Part shown: piece by piece, positions 1-13,589 of the stretch
How positions within the stretch are numbered: the first letter of the stretch is position 1
Layout of the letters: every line of letters begins with the position of its first letter
Source: Octopus vulgaris
Lineage: Eukaryota
Length of the DNA: 64,000 nt
Reading direction: 5' to 3'
Assembly (NCBI GenBank): GCA_951406725.2
Contig: OX597824.1
Coordinates: 82,088,001 to 82,152,000 of the forward strand
Position numbers and translations under genes: made by a program
The notes under the pieces: generated by a model
The model's input: the letters and a program-made list of their open reading frames with translations, nothing else
Told to the model about the DNA's origin: nothing
Databases searched by the model: none

Positions 1-85
1 GGCTGTAAAGAACCGTAAATAATACCAACTGGCTGTTTGACAGACTTTCTGACTATGCACAACCAAGAGATTTCAAAAATTAATA

Positions 86-650
86 TTGGGTTGTCCAGAA
101 AGTTCGTGCCGATTTTTAAAGGAAAGAAAATGGTCAATAAATACTTGCCATTACATTTTTAATCAACCAAATATGAACCATTTTGTTGCACAATGCGTCT
201 CCATCTTTCCTTTAACTTGAAAATACCCTCTTCCCAGAATTGAGGTGGTTTCATGGCAAAGAATTCATCAAGGTATCTTTTTACGTCATCCAAGGAATTG
301 AAATTTTTACCATTAAGACTATTCTGCAGAGACCTGAATGAATAGAAATCCGAAGCAGCAATATCTGGTGAATATGAGGGTGGGGTAACACATCCCATCC
401 GAGCCGCAGCAATTTTTGTCTGGTTCCCAAAGCATCAAGTGCCGAAAATGAACTTTCTTATCTTCCATTTTAAAGGGTTACAGAATTAACACAGGTTATA
501 GGAACATAAACCTTCTTCCACGAAAAGACAGCTTAAACTCTGCTCTAAATGGATGTGTTGTCAAATCCTATTTTATGGACTCAACCATGTTCTAAAATAA
601 GTCGAAAGGTAAGCTACTAGAAATCGGCACGAACTTTCCGGACAACCCAA
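86..650 (-). mobile_element. Internally deleted mariner DNA transposon with both TIRs and TA target duplication
   Basis: ~30-bp TIRs TTGGGTTGTCCAGAAAGTTCGTGCCGATTT (86-115) and AAATCGGCACGAACTTTCCGGACAACCCAA (621-650), with TA at 84-85 and 651-652. ORF 159..398(-) carries the mariner C-terminal motif PSYSPDIAASDFYSFRSL...GIFKLKERW...NGSY. Confidence 0.95.
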
Positions 651-1034
651 TAAGTACTTACTAAAACCGTGCTCAGTTTTGGTATCACGTGACGAAACAA
701 TGACGTCATCCATAAACAAGTTACAAGAAAACATCAAGTGTTGTTTGTGATAAACATACCATTAGTCAATTAGGAAGTTTTAATATATTGTGTCACCATT
801 AGTCATAATTAGTATTAGATTATATTAGTTTCCACTTATTAGTCTGCTAGTTAAGAAGAAAAAAAAACACGGGATGCTTGATTCAAACGCATTATACCTT
901 CGCAATGGTAATTTACTGGGACATAGATTTCTTTTAAATGTTTAAACTCTGTTTCGCAATGCCTTATGGAAAATAAGTTGCGGCATTTGAACCCAGCAGG
1001 CGATCTTACTATTTTTCACCTTCTTCAGTATTAT

Positions 1035-1630
1035 TCTTTTACTTATTTCAGTCATTTGATTGTGGCCATGCGGGAGCACCGCCTTTAGTCGAGCAAATCG
1101 GTCCCAGCACTTATTTTCTAGAAGCCTAGTACTTATTCTATCGGTCTCTTTTTGCCGAACCGCTAAGTTTCTAGGAACATAAACCTTCTTCCACGAAAGG
1201 ACAGCTTAAACTCTGCTCTAAATGGAGGTGTAGTCAAATCCTATTTTATGGACTCAACCATGTTCTAAAATAAGTCGAAAGGTAAGCTACTAGAAATCGG
1301 CACGAACTTTCTGGACAACCCAATAAGTACTTACTAAAACCGTGCTCAGTTTTGGTATTACGGGGACGTAAACAAACCACCATCGGTTGTCAAGCGATGT
1401 AGGGGAGGGACAAACACAAACACACAAACAGACACACACATACATATATATATATATACATACACACGACGGTCTTCTTTCAGTTTCCGTCTACCAAATC
1501 CACTCACAAGGCATTGGTCGGCCCGAAGCTATAGTAGAAGACACTTCCACAAGGAGCCACACAGTGGGACTGAACCCGGAACCATGTGGTTCATAAGTAA
1601 GCTACTTACCACATAGCCACTCCTACGCCT
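1035..1630 (-). mobile_element. tRNA-derived SINE type A, interrupted by a templated insert at ~1172-1358
   Basis: Head GGCGTAGGAGTGGCTATGTGG (A box)...GGGTTCAGTCC (B box), body GTGAGTGGATTTGGTAGACGGAAACTGAAAGAAG, internal (TA/TG)n, tail ATGACTGAAA. More than 10 similar copies in the window. Confidence 0.9.
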
Positions 1631-2149
1631 AACAAATTCGTATTAGTATTAGGAATACATTCACGGCAACGATCTGACAGAATCTTCCTGGGAAATTGCT
1701 TAGCAGCATATCGCCCATCTTCTCGCTCCCAGTTCAAATTCCGTCGAGTAAAACCGATCTTCATTCCAAACACACTGTTGGAATTATTTCTGTTATTTGG
1801 TGAACCGATACGCAGCAATGTTAATAATGATAGCAGGACTCGGCTATCGCGGTGAGATACAGTAATTCCACGACTATCGTGGGTGTTACCTTCCAAAACA
1901 CGTCGCGATAGGTGAAAATCCGCCAAGTAGAAACATTACTGCACTGTGTATTTATTTTATTATAAATGCAAAACACCACAAACCGTGATAGGTGAACCTC
2001 GATACTGTAGATGATGATCATGATCATGATAATGATGACGATGATGATGACAGTGGTGGTGGTGGTGGTGGTTTCTATTTTTTGTTTTTGTTGTTGGTGG
2101 TTGTGACGGTGGTAGTGATATGATAAATTTCTATTATTAATAACCGGGG

Positions 2150-2247
2150 CTTAGATGAGGAGGACAATAATGATAATAATGATAATAATAATAACAATAA
2201 TAATAATAATAATGATAATAATAATAATGATAATAATAATGATAATA

Positions 2248-2279
<32 letters not shown>

Positions 2280-2298
2280 AGTAATAATAATAATAATG

Positions 2299-2360
<62 letters not shown>
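2150..2360. repeat. (AAT)n/(GAT)n microsatellite
   Basis: Direct reading. Confidence 0.97.
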
Positions 2361-2361
<1 letters not shown>

Positions 2362-2827
2362 GGGCTACAGCAAATATTCTGCTCAATACCATAGATTTGC
2401 TTGTCAGTTTCTTGACCATAACCAGTTGAGCATGTCCCTTAATGGCTGACGATATGTGCATCTCTGATCATGAGCAAAAGTAGTGGGGGAGTATCATAGC
2501 CATGTGTTGAGAGGAATTCTTTGGGGTTTGAATAATTCACCACTGGAATATTGGGTGTTTCGTTCAACATCCTTAAACAACCCTTAATCAGGGACCTTTT
2601 GAGTGGGATAGGCTACTCGACCTGAAGAAAATTCTAACTGGGCCCCACCTGCAAGGTTATGCGCTGTTTATCTTGATATGAGATCACCATGTCGCGCGCA
2701 CATGGTTGTGATGCATGTGCCTAGTGTACCCTTATCAAAGGGGTAGTCATGATGAGTATACTGGGCTTCATATATTTTCACCTAGTGTCACTTTGATGGC
2801 ATGCACTGCTCTCTCACGAAATAATAA
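2361..2827 (+). mobile_element. 5'-truncated copy of an (AAT)n-embedded interspersed element, probably a LINE 3' end
   Basis: Highly similar to 57943-58405. Both copies are preceded by (AAT)n and end in AATAATAA. Confidence 0.75.
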
Positions 2828-2857
2828 ACTTTCTAAACTTGTCACAAGGCTAGCAAA

Positions 2858-2905
<48 letters not shown>

Positions 2906-3618
2906 GTAGAAGAAGACGACGACGACGACGAAGAAGAAGAAGAAGAAGAAGAAGAAGAAGGGAGGAGTAGGAGGAGGAAGAAGAAGAAGAAGAAGGCAAT
3001 GAAGATAGTGATGATGATGATGATGATGATGACGATGATGACGACGACGACGTCGGTAACGCTGATGACGATGATGATGATGGTGATGATGATTATGATG
3101 ATTGAGAATGATGATGATGAAGTTGGCTGAAAAAAACATAAAAAAAGCAAATCAAATCCTTCACACTCCCAAACCTCCACCACCTCTGCCCCACGATATA
3201 ATAAAATTCATAAAATAGAAACCCTGTAGGAAATATTTTGAAACTTTTAAATTCCAATATCCGGTAGAAGTATAAAGGATAATTAGGGAGAATTAAGGGA
3301 CGTGTTGTAACGAACCCCTTAGGGAATTAACAATTAATAGAGAGGGATAGGATGACGCAAGGTGTGAAAAGAAGTAAGGAATCTGAAAGAAAAGGGATCA
3401 GGTCTCTTGTTCATCAGGCTGGTATTATTGATAGGGCAGTAGACGATGATGATGATGATGGAAGATGGTATGATGATGATGATGATGATGATAATGATGA
3501 TGATGATGATGACGACAATAATGATAACGATGATGAAGAGGACAATTTTTACATTTTGCCCACGTGTACATACATATATATATATATATGTTTATATGCA
3601 TGAGTGTGTGTGTATTAG

Positions 3619-3669
<51 letters not shown>

Positions 3670-4104
3670 GAGTGTTTGTGTGTGTATACATATATAAACA
3701 CATATATGTACATATATACATATATAAACACATATGTACATACATATAATATTTTATACATATATATACATGCATACATATATGATGTTTGTGGTTATGT
3801 ATAAATTTATTTATGCTTGTTTCTATATATGCATATAATATATACATGTGTGTGTATAAACATCATGTTAAAGTTTAAAATAGAATTTAGAAATGTGATT
3901 GTTATTGTTGTTGCATTCGTTATTTGTGATTGTTGTTCTGTACATTTGCTTCATTGATTATTTCTATAGAATTTCGTGTTTTTGTTTGTTATAAAAAAAT
4001 TATAACGATACTACAACCACTGCTACTGCTGCTGCTGCTGCTATTGCTGCTGCTTCTGCTAGTGATTATAGTTATATCGACAGCAACAACAAACATAACA
4101 ACAT

Positions 4105-4648
<544 letters not shown>

Positions 4649-4749
4649 TCCAGAACGACAACCAATCAGTTCTACAATGATAAAAATTAGTCTGAAAATA
4701 TATTTCTTAATGGGTAAAATGAATGAATAGGAATCAATAACAACAGCTC

Positions 4750-5805
4750 CGAGGAAGGGGAGGAAGTACTTCATGGAAAGTTCCAAGGAGGGTGAGGATC
4801 GGGAATAATTACTTCCTGGAAATTTCCGAGATGAGGACGAATAACATCCTGGTTATTTCCAAGGAGGGGAAGAATTACTTCCTGGAAAGTTCCGCGGAGG
4901 GGGGGAAATGTGGAATTATTTCATGGTAAGTTCCGAGTTGGGGAGGAATGTCTCCCTGGAAAGTTCCGATGAGGGGGGAAATGCCTACATGAAAGTTCCA
5001 AGGAAGGGGAGGAAATAAAGAATTACTTCCTGGAAAAATCCTAGATGGGGAAGAAAATGAGGAATTACTTCTTGGGAAGTTCTGAGGAGGGGATGACTTA
5101 CTTCCGGGAAAGTTCTGAGGAGAGGTAATACCAACTGAAAAGTTCCAAAGATGGTGAGTATAGGGATGAATTACTTCCTGGAAAGTTCCGAGGAAGTGAG
5201 GAATTACTTCCTGGAAAATTCCAAGGAGGGGGAAATGTGGAATTTCTTTCTGGAAAGTTCTGAAGAGGGATGGAATTATTTCCTTGAAAGTTCCAAGAGG
5301 GGGGAGGAATTACTTAGTGGAAATTTCTGAGATTGGGGAATTACTTTCTGGAAAGTTCGAAGGGGAGGAATTCCTTCCTGGAAAGTCCCGATCTGGGGGT
5401 GAATGACTTCCTGAAAAGTTGCGAGAAGGGGGAGGAATTACTTCATGGTATGTTCCGAGGCGGAAGGTAATATTTCCTGGAAAGTTCCAAAGAGGGGGAG
5501 GAAGCGGAGGAATTACTTCCTGGATAGTTCTGAGAATGGGAGGAATTACATCCTGGAAACTTCCGAGGAGGGGAAAGAATTACTTCCTGCAAAGTTCCAA
5601 GGAGGGGTGGGAAGGTGATGAGTTACTTCTTACAGAGTTCCGAGGAGGGGGAAATTACTACCTGGATAATTCCTAGGAGCAGGAGGAATTAATTCCGAAA
5701 CGTTCCGAGGAGGGCTTTCTTCCTGGAACGTTTCGAAGATGGAGAACTTTGTGGGAGGTGCTGATGAGGGGACAGAGGGGAAGGACTTCCTGGAAAGTTC
5801 CGAAG
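4750..5805. repeat. Degenerate ~31-35 bp G-rich minisatellite, about 30 units
   Basis: Recurring GGAGGAATTACTTCCTGGAAAGTTCCGAGG. Confidence 0.92.
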
Positions 5806-6974
5806 AACTTGAAAACGCCCGTAAATATATTTCTAAGTTACATTCGAATACCTAATTAAGGACTCGCTGATCTTATAACATGGTCAGGCCTAACCAAAAG
5901 GCTTCTTGACATTGGAGTAAACGTTATATTGGGGCATCAATTTAAAGTAGGTGAATGAGCGGAAGTGCTTTTAAAAATTAGGAGCTCAGAAGAGATTATC
6001 AGATACGAGAATGAACGTAAAAATTCATATGAAATTAAAATTACACAAAAATAAAAATAATTTTTTTTATTTTCAAACCCAAAAAATAATCATTCGAAAT
6101 AAAATAAAATAAAATTTCAGAAATTGTACGTAATTCTGAAGAAGTACCAAAATCTGTTTCCTTCATCATTAAAAGGCTCTAATTGTGAAGAACATCCGCT
6201 AATTCAACTCTAAAAGCTTTGGCGTCTCCATTAATTTCTTTCTTACAGTTTCTGGTCTTTTCACTAACACAAAATGGTGCTTAAATTTCAAGTCAACATT
6301 TGTTGTTTTTTTTTGCCACTCGTTTAACATATTTCTTTCCAATTTTTTTTGTCTCAGTCGGGCTCTCTTATTATCTTATTCTTCTAATTCTTTCATTATG
6401 TTCTACCAAGCCATTTTTTTGTTTCTTCATTTCCTTCCTTCGTTTATAATTTTTTTACATCTTTTCTCTTCCTTTCTTTCATTCTGTCTGTCTTTATATC
6501 CTTCTTTCTCGTTCTGTCTATTTCTTCCTGCCTTTCTCACATCCATATATTTTTCTACTATTTCCTATTGAATCTCATTCTCTTTCTTTCTTTTTCCTTC
6601 TTTCTTTCCTCCTCTATGTTAACACCTTTCCGCCATGACACATAAACAATAGAAGCAAATTATTTCAGAAGTCTGTTAACAAATTAAACACAGGGGTTGC
6701 CTAAGGGTCTAGAAATCTTTTATGCTTTTCTTTCCTTCTTTCCGACAACTTACATCCATCCAGCCCCGCTCCTCCTCAACACGACTGCAGGAAAATATAA
6801 AAACAACAACGTAATAAACAATAATATAATTACACACAACAACAACAAAAACAACACCAACACCTGCTGCGACAAAAGAAACAAAAGGAAATGCAAAAAA
6901 AGAATTAATTCAGGAGATCACATCAAACACAAATACAAGAACGAAACAATTGAAGAAGCAAGCATAAACAACAC

Positions 6975-7018
6975 AAATAATAATAATGATGATGATGATG
7001 ATGATGAGGATAATGATG

Positions 7019-7074
<56 letters not shown>

Positions 7075-7147
7075 AATAATGATGATGATGATGATGATAA
7101 TGATAATAATAATAATGATGATGATGATGATGATGATAATAATAATA

Positions 7148-7179
<32 letters not shown>

Positions 7180-7183
7180 AATA

Positions 7184-7224
<41 letters not shown>

Positions 7225-7336
7225 AATAATAATGATGATGATGATAATGATAATGATAATAATAATAATGATGATGATGATGATGATGATGATAATAATG
7301 ATGATGATGATGATGATGATGATGATAATGATAATA

Positions 7337-7392
<56 letters not shown>

Positions 7393-7489
7393 AATGATAA
7401 TAATAATAATAATAATGATGATGATGATGATGATGATAATAATGATGATGATGATGATGATGATGATAATGATAATGATAATAATAATA

Positions 7490-7524
<35 letters not shown>

Positions 7525-7573
7525 AATGATGATGATGATGATGATGATGATGATAATAATAATAATGATGATA

Positions 7574-7626
<53 letters not shown>

Positions 7627-7636
7627 AATAATAATA

Positions 7637-7671
<35 letters not shown>

Positions 7672-7690
7672 AATAATAATAATGATAATA

Positions 7691-7722
<32 letters not shown>

Positions 7723-7744
7723 AATGATAATGATAATGATAATA

Positions 7745-7785
<41 letters not shown>

Positions 7786-7798
7786 AATAATAATAATA

Positions 7799-7845
<47 letters not shown>

Positions 7846-7852
7846 AATGATG

Positions 7853-7889
<37 letters not shown>

Positions 7890-7920
7890 TGATGATGATG
7901 ATAATAATCATAATAATAAA
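6975..7920. repeat. Compound (GAT)n/(AAT)n microsatellite, ~950 bp
   Basis: Direct reading; explains the poly-D/N/M/I ORFs. Confidence 0.98.
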
Positions 7921-8284
7921 TTTTGACACAAGGCCAGCAATCTCAGGGAAGGGGTAGGTTGATTACATCGACCCAACTACTCACCTGGTACTTTTTCATT
8001 GACTACGATAATGGATAATAAGATGATAATATGATCATCTAATCGAAAGGGTGATAATGAAATAATCAGAAGGTAAACAGATGATGATGATGATAATTGA
8101 TGATGATGATGCCCGGACGTGACTACACAATTTCTGCATAGCTTGCCGCCTTCTTAATAATAAGGCTTTAAATTTTAGCAGAAGGCCGGCAAATTCAGTG
8201 GGAGAGGATGAGGCGATTGCATTACCACCTTCACTTGATTGAGTCTTATTTTATTAAAATTACTGAGACATTAACTTATATAAA

Positions 8285-9672
8285 GAAAAAATGACACAAT
8301 GTCCATGTCTTAGGATACAGGTAGTTATTTCCATGGCAATATGTTTCTACAGGACTGGTTTTTCTGGGTTTCAAGAAGTTATAGTGGATGAGTTCAGCAG
8401 TACACCACAAAACAGTCACCATAACCTTCTTTTTGAAGAGCGCGGGTTTAGGGAAGGTTTTCGATGCTTCATTTTGGTCCAGCCACTGCGAAGAACGTTT
8501 TTTATTATTGTACAGAATCCACTTTTTATCACAACTTACTTACTTGTACTTGTGACGGCGTTCACCCAGGGCAGGTTGAGCCGGCTTCTTCTCTGGTCCT
8601 GACGGCATCACGAACCATAGCGGCCCACGCTCGACGGTCCTGTGCGAGGTCACTGGAGATAGCGAGCCATTCGCGGTTCCATCTGCGCAAACCGACCAAC
8701 TGCGGACCTGAGAGTTCGGAGAGGTCCACCCTTATCGTCGTTGCCCAGGTCTTCAGCTGCCCGCCTGTGCGTTTGCGTCAGTCGGGAAGTGGAGTTGGGA
8801 GGAGGACATCGCGAATCAGCTCACATTCTGGATGTCTGATCGGCAACCGGCGACTTCGAGGTCGTTCTGTCCCTGCGTCTGTGGAAACTCCGCGGCAACC
8901 AGGGCGTCCCGTCACTCGGGATATGCATGTCGAGGACCGCTTGTGAATTCAATATTCCCACGAAACTTCTTCTATTACCATGGCTATAAATACGAATACG
9001 AATACGAATTTGTTATCACAAGTAACGATACAGTCGAGAAATGGATTGGTCTGGTTAGGGAGGAGAAACAGTGAGAAAATTTCATATCTGCGCATTTTCT
9101 GATTTTCATTCAAATCATATGGTACCCATTTTGTCGAGCTTTTTTGATTTTCCGATTGAATTTAATTAGTTGCAGGCAGTTTTCTGGCTAACTTGAAGTT
9201 CTTTTGCCAGTTCCCAAATAGTTTTACGTTGCTCTTTCTCAGTGACGGTCTTTAACTGACCGCCATCAATGACAGATGAGCGTCCACTACGCTCACAATC
9301 ATCAAGGTTTAAGTTTCCACCGCGAAATCGTTTAAACCAGTTTCCAGCTGACCACTCACACTTATTGGTCATTTCCTCACCAAGCGTTTCGTTGATATCG
9401 TGAACAGTTTCAACTGGTTTACGCCCTCCTTTTTTTTTTTTTGGAAGATGAGTAAGAAAATTGCTCGAATATCGCGCTTTGACACTTCCACTTCAGATAA
9501 GTGTAACAACGATGAAAAAAAATAGCAATATTAATTTATTGATGCATTTGAGCAAGTCTGTGTCTTTATTATCAGACAATTGCAAAGAAAAGTTTAAAAA
9601 ATTCAAAACTCAGCAAAAATTCTGTACAAATTCTTCATTTTTCAAAGCATTGCTTATTTTTTACTCAGCCTG
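8285..9672 (-). mobile_element. Decayed mariner transposon (HTH and start of DDD domain) with nested RTE insertion
   Basis: ORF 9166..9372(-) NWFKRFRGGNLNLDDCERSGRS is a mariner HTH. NPFLDCIVTCD / KKWILYNNKKRS...KKVMVTVLW are rejoined across the insertion. TIR-like end ~9650-9672. Confidence 0.88.
8535..8842 (-). mobile_element. 5'-truncated RTE-clade LINE 3' end
   Basis: Minus frame reads RHPECELIRDVLL...RKRTGGQLKTWATTIRVDL...LAQDRRAWAAMVRDA, with tail GTACAAGTAAGTAAG. 9-bp TSD TTATCACAA at 8526-8534 and 9013-9021. Confidence 0.9.
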
Positions 9673-9789
9673 AGAAATTGATAGACATACATACAGACAC
9701 ACAGATATGTAGGCATAAGTATATGAATATAATTACAATATTTTTGTAAAATTATTAAACTTAAGACATTACTCCACAAAAGAAGTTTC

Positions 9790-11885
9790 TATACATACAT
9801 ACATACATACATACATACATACGTACGTACATACGTACATACATACATACATACATACATACATACATACATACACACACACGTACATACATACGTACAT
9901 ACATACATACATACATACATACATACATACATACATACATACATACATACATACATACATACATACATACACAATGCTTAAATACCAATCTTGAGAAGTT
10001 AGGCTTCTCAAAACCAGTAAGGGGCAGACTATAGGTTCAAGCCATCACTGGAACCGTAAAAACCTGTAAAAGTCTCCAGAAGTTTATCATTTAAGTTTAT
10101 ACGAGTATATCTAGACATGCAACTATATGCATGAGAAAACATACAAATCTGCACGTATACATACATACATACATACATACATACATACATACATACATAC
10201 ATACATACAAACAAACAAAAATGTTGTTGATGTTGAAATTCCAATGAAGGTACCTTGGATCTAGGTTAGAAACCGGCTCTTTCTCTATTGGCAAGAAATC
10301 TTGAAACATACATACATACATACATACATACATACATACATACATACGTACACTCATACATACATACATACATACTTACATACATACATAAATACATAAA
10401 TACACACATACATACATAAACACACACATACATCTATACACACATACATACATATATACACATACATACATAAATACATGTATGCATACATAAATACATG
10501 CATACATGCATACATACATGCATACATACATACATTTCTACACACATACATACATATATACACATACATTCATAAATACATATATACATGCATGCATACA
10601 TACATACATACATACATACATACATACATGCATACATACATGCATACATACATACATGCATGCATGCATACATACATACATACATACATGCATACATGCA
10701 TACATACATACATACAAACATACCTACCTACATACATACATACATACATACATACATACATACATACATGCATACATACATACATGCATAGATACATACA
10801 TACATACATACATACATACATACATACATACATACATACATACATACATACATACATACATACATACATGCATACATACATACATACATACATACATACA
10901 TACATACATACATACATACATACATACATACATACATGCATACATACATACATGCATACATACATGCATACATACATACATACATACATACATACATAAA
11001 TACATACATAAATATATACATACATACATGCATATATACATTTATACACACATACATACAGGCATACAGAGATGTAGGCATAAGCATATGAATATAATTA
11101 CAATACATACATAAATATACACATACATACATAAATACATGTATGCATACATAAATACATGCATACATGCATACATACATGCATACATACATGCATACGT
11201 ACATACATTTCTACACACATACATACATATATACACATACATTCATAAATACATATATACATGCATGCATACATACATACATACATACATGCATACATAC
11301 ATGCATACATACATACATGCATACATACATACATACATACATACATACGTACACTCATACATACATACATACATACTTACATACATACATAAATACATAA
11401 ATACACACATACATACATAAACACACACATACATCTATACACACATACATACATATATACACATACATACATAAATACATGTATGCATACATAAATACAT
11501 GCATACATGCATAGCACGGACTTTGTCAGTGAACAGGTCGCGGATTTTAGCGACGAAAATATTTTGACAAATTAAACTTAAATGTTGGAGTGAATCGAAC
11601 GGCTTTTGTGTGTTTCTTAAATGGCTTATAAACACCTTCCACGCTGCAATTGTTTTCGTTTCAGCACACGATCTCAGATCAAATTACTTGCTATGCGAGT
11701 ACATCTCCGTAATATAATTACAATATTTTTGTAAAATTATTAAATTTAAGACATTACTCCACAAAAGACGTTTCTATGCATACATACATACATACATACA
11801 TACATACATACATGCATACATGCATACATACATACATACATACATACATACATACATGCATACATACATACATACATACATACAT
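9790..11885. repeat. (ACAT)n tetranucleotide array with internal block duplications and small inserted fragments
   Basis: Direct reading. Confidence 0.95.
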
Positions 11886-12353
11886 AGTGATGCATAAAGG
11901 TAATGGCGTGTATGTCTCTTTCTACTTAAGATTGTAAAACAAAATTGTCCATTTTTAACTAGTCTGGTTTCACATTGCGCAAAATGAAATAATTATGAGA
12001 TAGACACGTTTGTGTTATTGCTAGCTCTTCAATTCTGCATCTATTGGCTTTTAGCTGGCGCTTTTGTGAGCTTTCAAAAACATGCTTACTACTTCAGCTT
12101 GTTATATTTTGGAAAGTCTGCGATATAAACAGCAGATAATGATAAACAGACAAACTCTATTGTTAGCAAACTTCCTGGAGAGCCTGTACTTGCAGTACAG
12201 CGCCTTGTTCAAAGCCAAGCGATACATAATTATATTGTTAGATATCTGCAGGAAGAGCCGCTTCCTATAGCGTGCCGTCTTATTCAAAACCGAACGAAAC
12301 AGCTCTTGTTTGCTAAATATGTCCTGCTATGCTAGAGAAATAAGGAAGGTAAC

Positions 12354-12584
12354 CGGCGAGCTGGCAGAAACGTTAGCACGCCGGGCGAAATGCGAAGCCG
12401 TATTTCGTCTGCGTTACATTGTGAGTTCAAATTCCGCCGAGGTCGACTTTGCCTTTCATCCTTTCGGGGTCGATAAATTAAGTACCAGTTACGCACTGGG
12501 GTCGATGTAATCGACTTAATACCTATGTCTGTCCTTGTTTGTCCCCTCTGTGTTTAGCCCCTTGTGGGTAATAAAGAAATAGGT
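12354..12584 (+). mobile_element. SINE type B, young tail
   Basis: GGCGAGCTGGCAGAAACG...GAGTTCAAATTCC (B box)...GTCGACTTTGCCTTTCATCCTTTCGGGGTCGATAAATTAAGTACCAG...TAGCCCCTTGTGGGTAATAAAGAAATAGGT. Confidence 0.9.
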
Positions 12585-12597
12585 TATTATATATAGG

Positions 12598-13330
12598 AAG
12601 GAGTACCCGAAAGAAACCGGAATTTTGCAATATTATTTTATTCAATTGGTTTTACACTTTTATCGCCTTCAAAGTATCCTCGATTTGAAGCCATGCATTG
12701 GTTCAGACGCGTCTTCCATTGTTCGAAGCAGTGCTGGAACTCTTGCGATTTGATGCCTTTTAACGCCCTCGTCGTTTTTTTTCTTCACCTCTTCCACATC
12801 TATAAATTCTGTAGTGCCAGCTTTCGTCACCAGTGATGACCTTCGAAAAAAGGTCCGCATCAACTTCCAACTGTTCTTTCTGTTCTCGACACGTATTCAG
12901 CCGCGACTACTTTTGATCTTCCGTGAGCAAGCGAGGCACAAATTTTACTGCAACTTTCGCAATTCCACGCTCAAAATTTGTTGGCAGCAGGACCAGGACA
13001 CGCCAGTCTTATCAACAAGTTGGTCAATTGTCCGATGACAGTCTCCCAAGATCAGTTCATCTAATTTTCATGATGTTTTCATTCGTTCTAGAGGTCGACG
13101 ACCGTCCTGAAAGAAGTTGGTCTTCGAGCTACAAGTGACCATTCCTTAAGCGTGAAAACCACTCTTTAACCTGTGTTTTGCTCACGGCAGCGTCCTTGTA
13201 AGCTGCTTGGTCGTTGTTTTCCCGAGCAGAAAACAGGATTTCACGAAAAAAAAAAACTAACACAATTACAATTGTCGTTGTTAAAGCACAGCTCGGACGC
13301 GAATTTTTTTCCTACGAGAGTTCCGGAACC
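12598..13330 (-). mobile_element. Internally deleted, decayed mariner
   Basis: Minus strand DADLFSKVITGDESWHY (first catalytic Asp) is joined to a C-terminus DVEEVKKK...EFQHCFEQWKTRLNQCMASNRGYFEGD. Confidence 0.85.
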
Positions 13331-13589
13331 CAGAAATGAACTCATTTGCATATAGCCAATCAGAGCTCACATTGACATTGACAAGTTAAAAATCACACTC
13401 TACCATGTAAACTCAAGACTAAAAAGGGTGTTGTAAGTTGACCGATCGCCAAGTTATGCCTGATTTTAGGGGACAAGTAATTAGATTTGTATCAATATCT
13501 ATTATCGGATTTTGTTTCGATTTGTTCGCTGTTTTCATTTCTCACATGCGACTATCTATAACTGACACTGTTATAAAAACAATGATGTG

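Noticed and set aside
6697-7957. 300-400 aa poly-D/N, poly-I and poly-M ORFs
   Set aside because: They are translations of a (GAT/AAT)n microsatellite, open in several frames, with no domain content.
8464-8946. 160-aa plus-strand GC-rich ORF
   Set aside because: Antisense shadow of the RTE fragment
9761-11635. MYVC/HTYI repeat ORFs
   Set aside because: Artefacts of (ACAT)n
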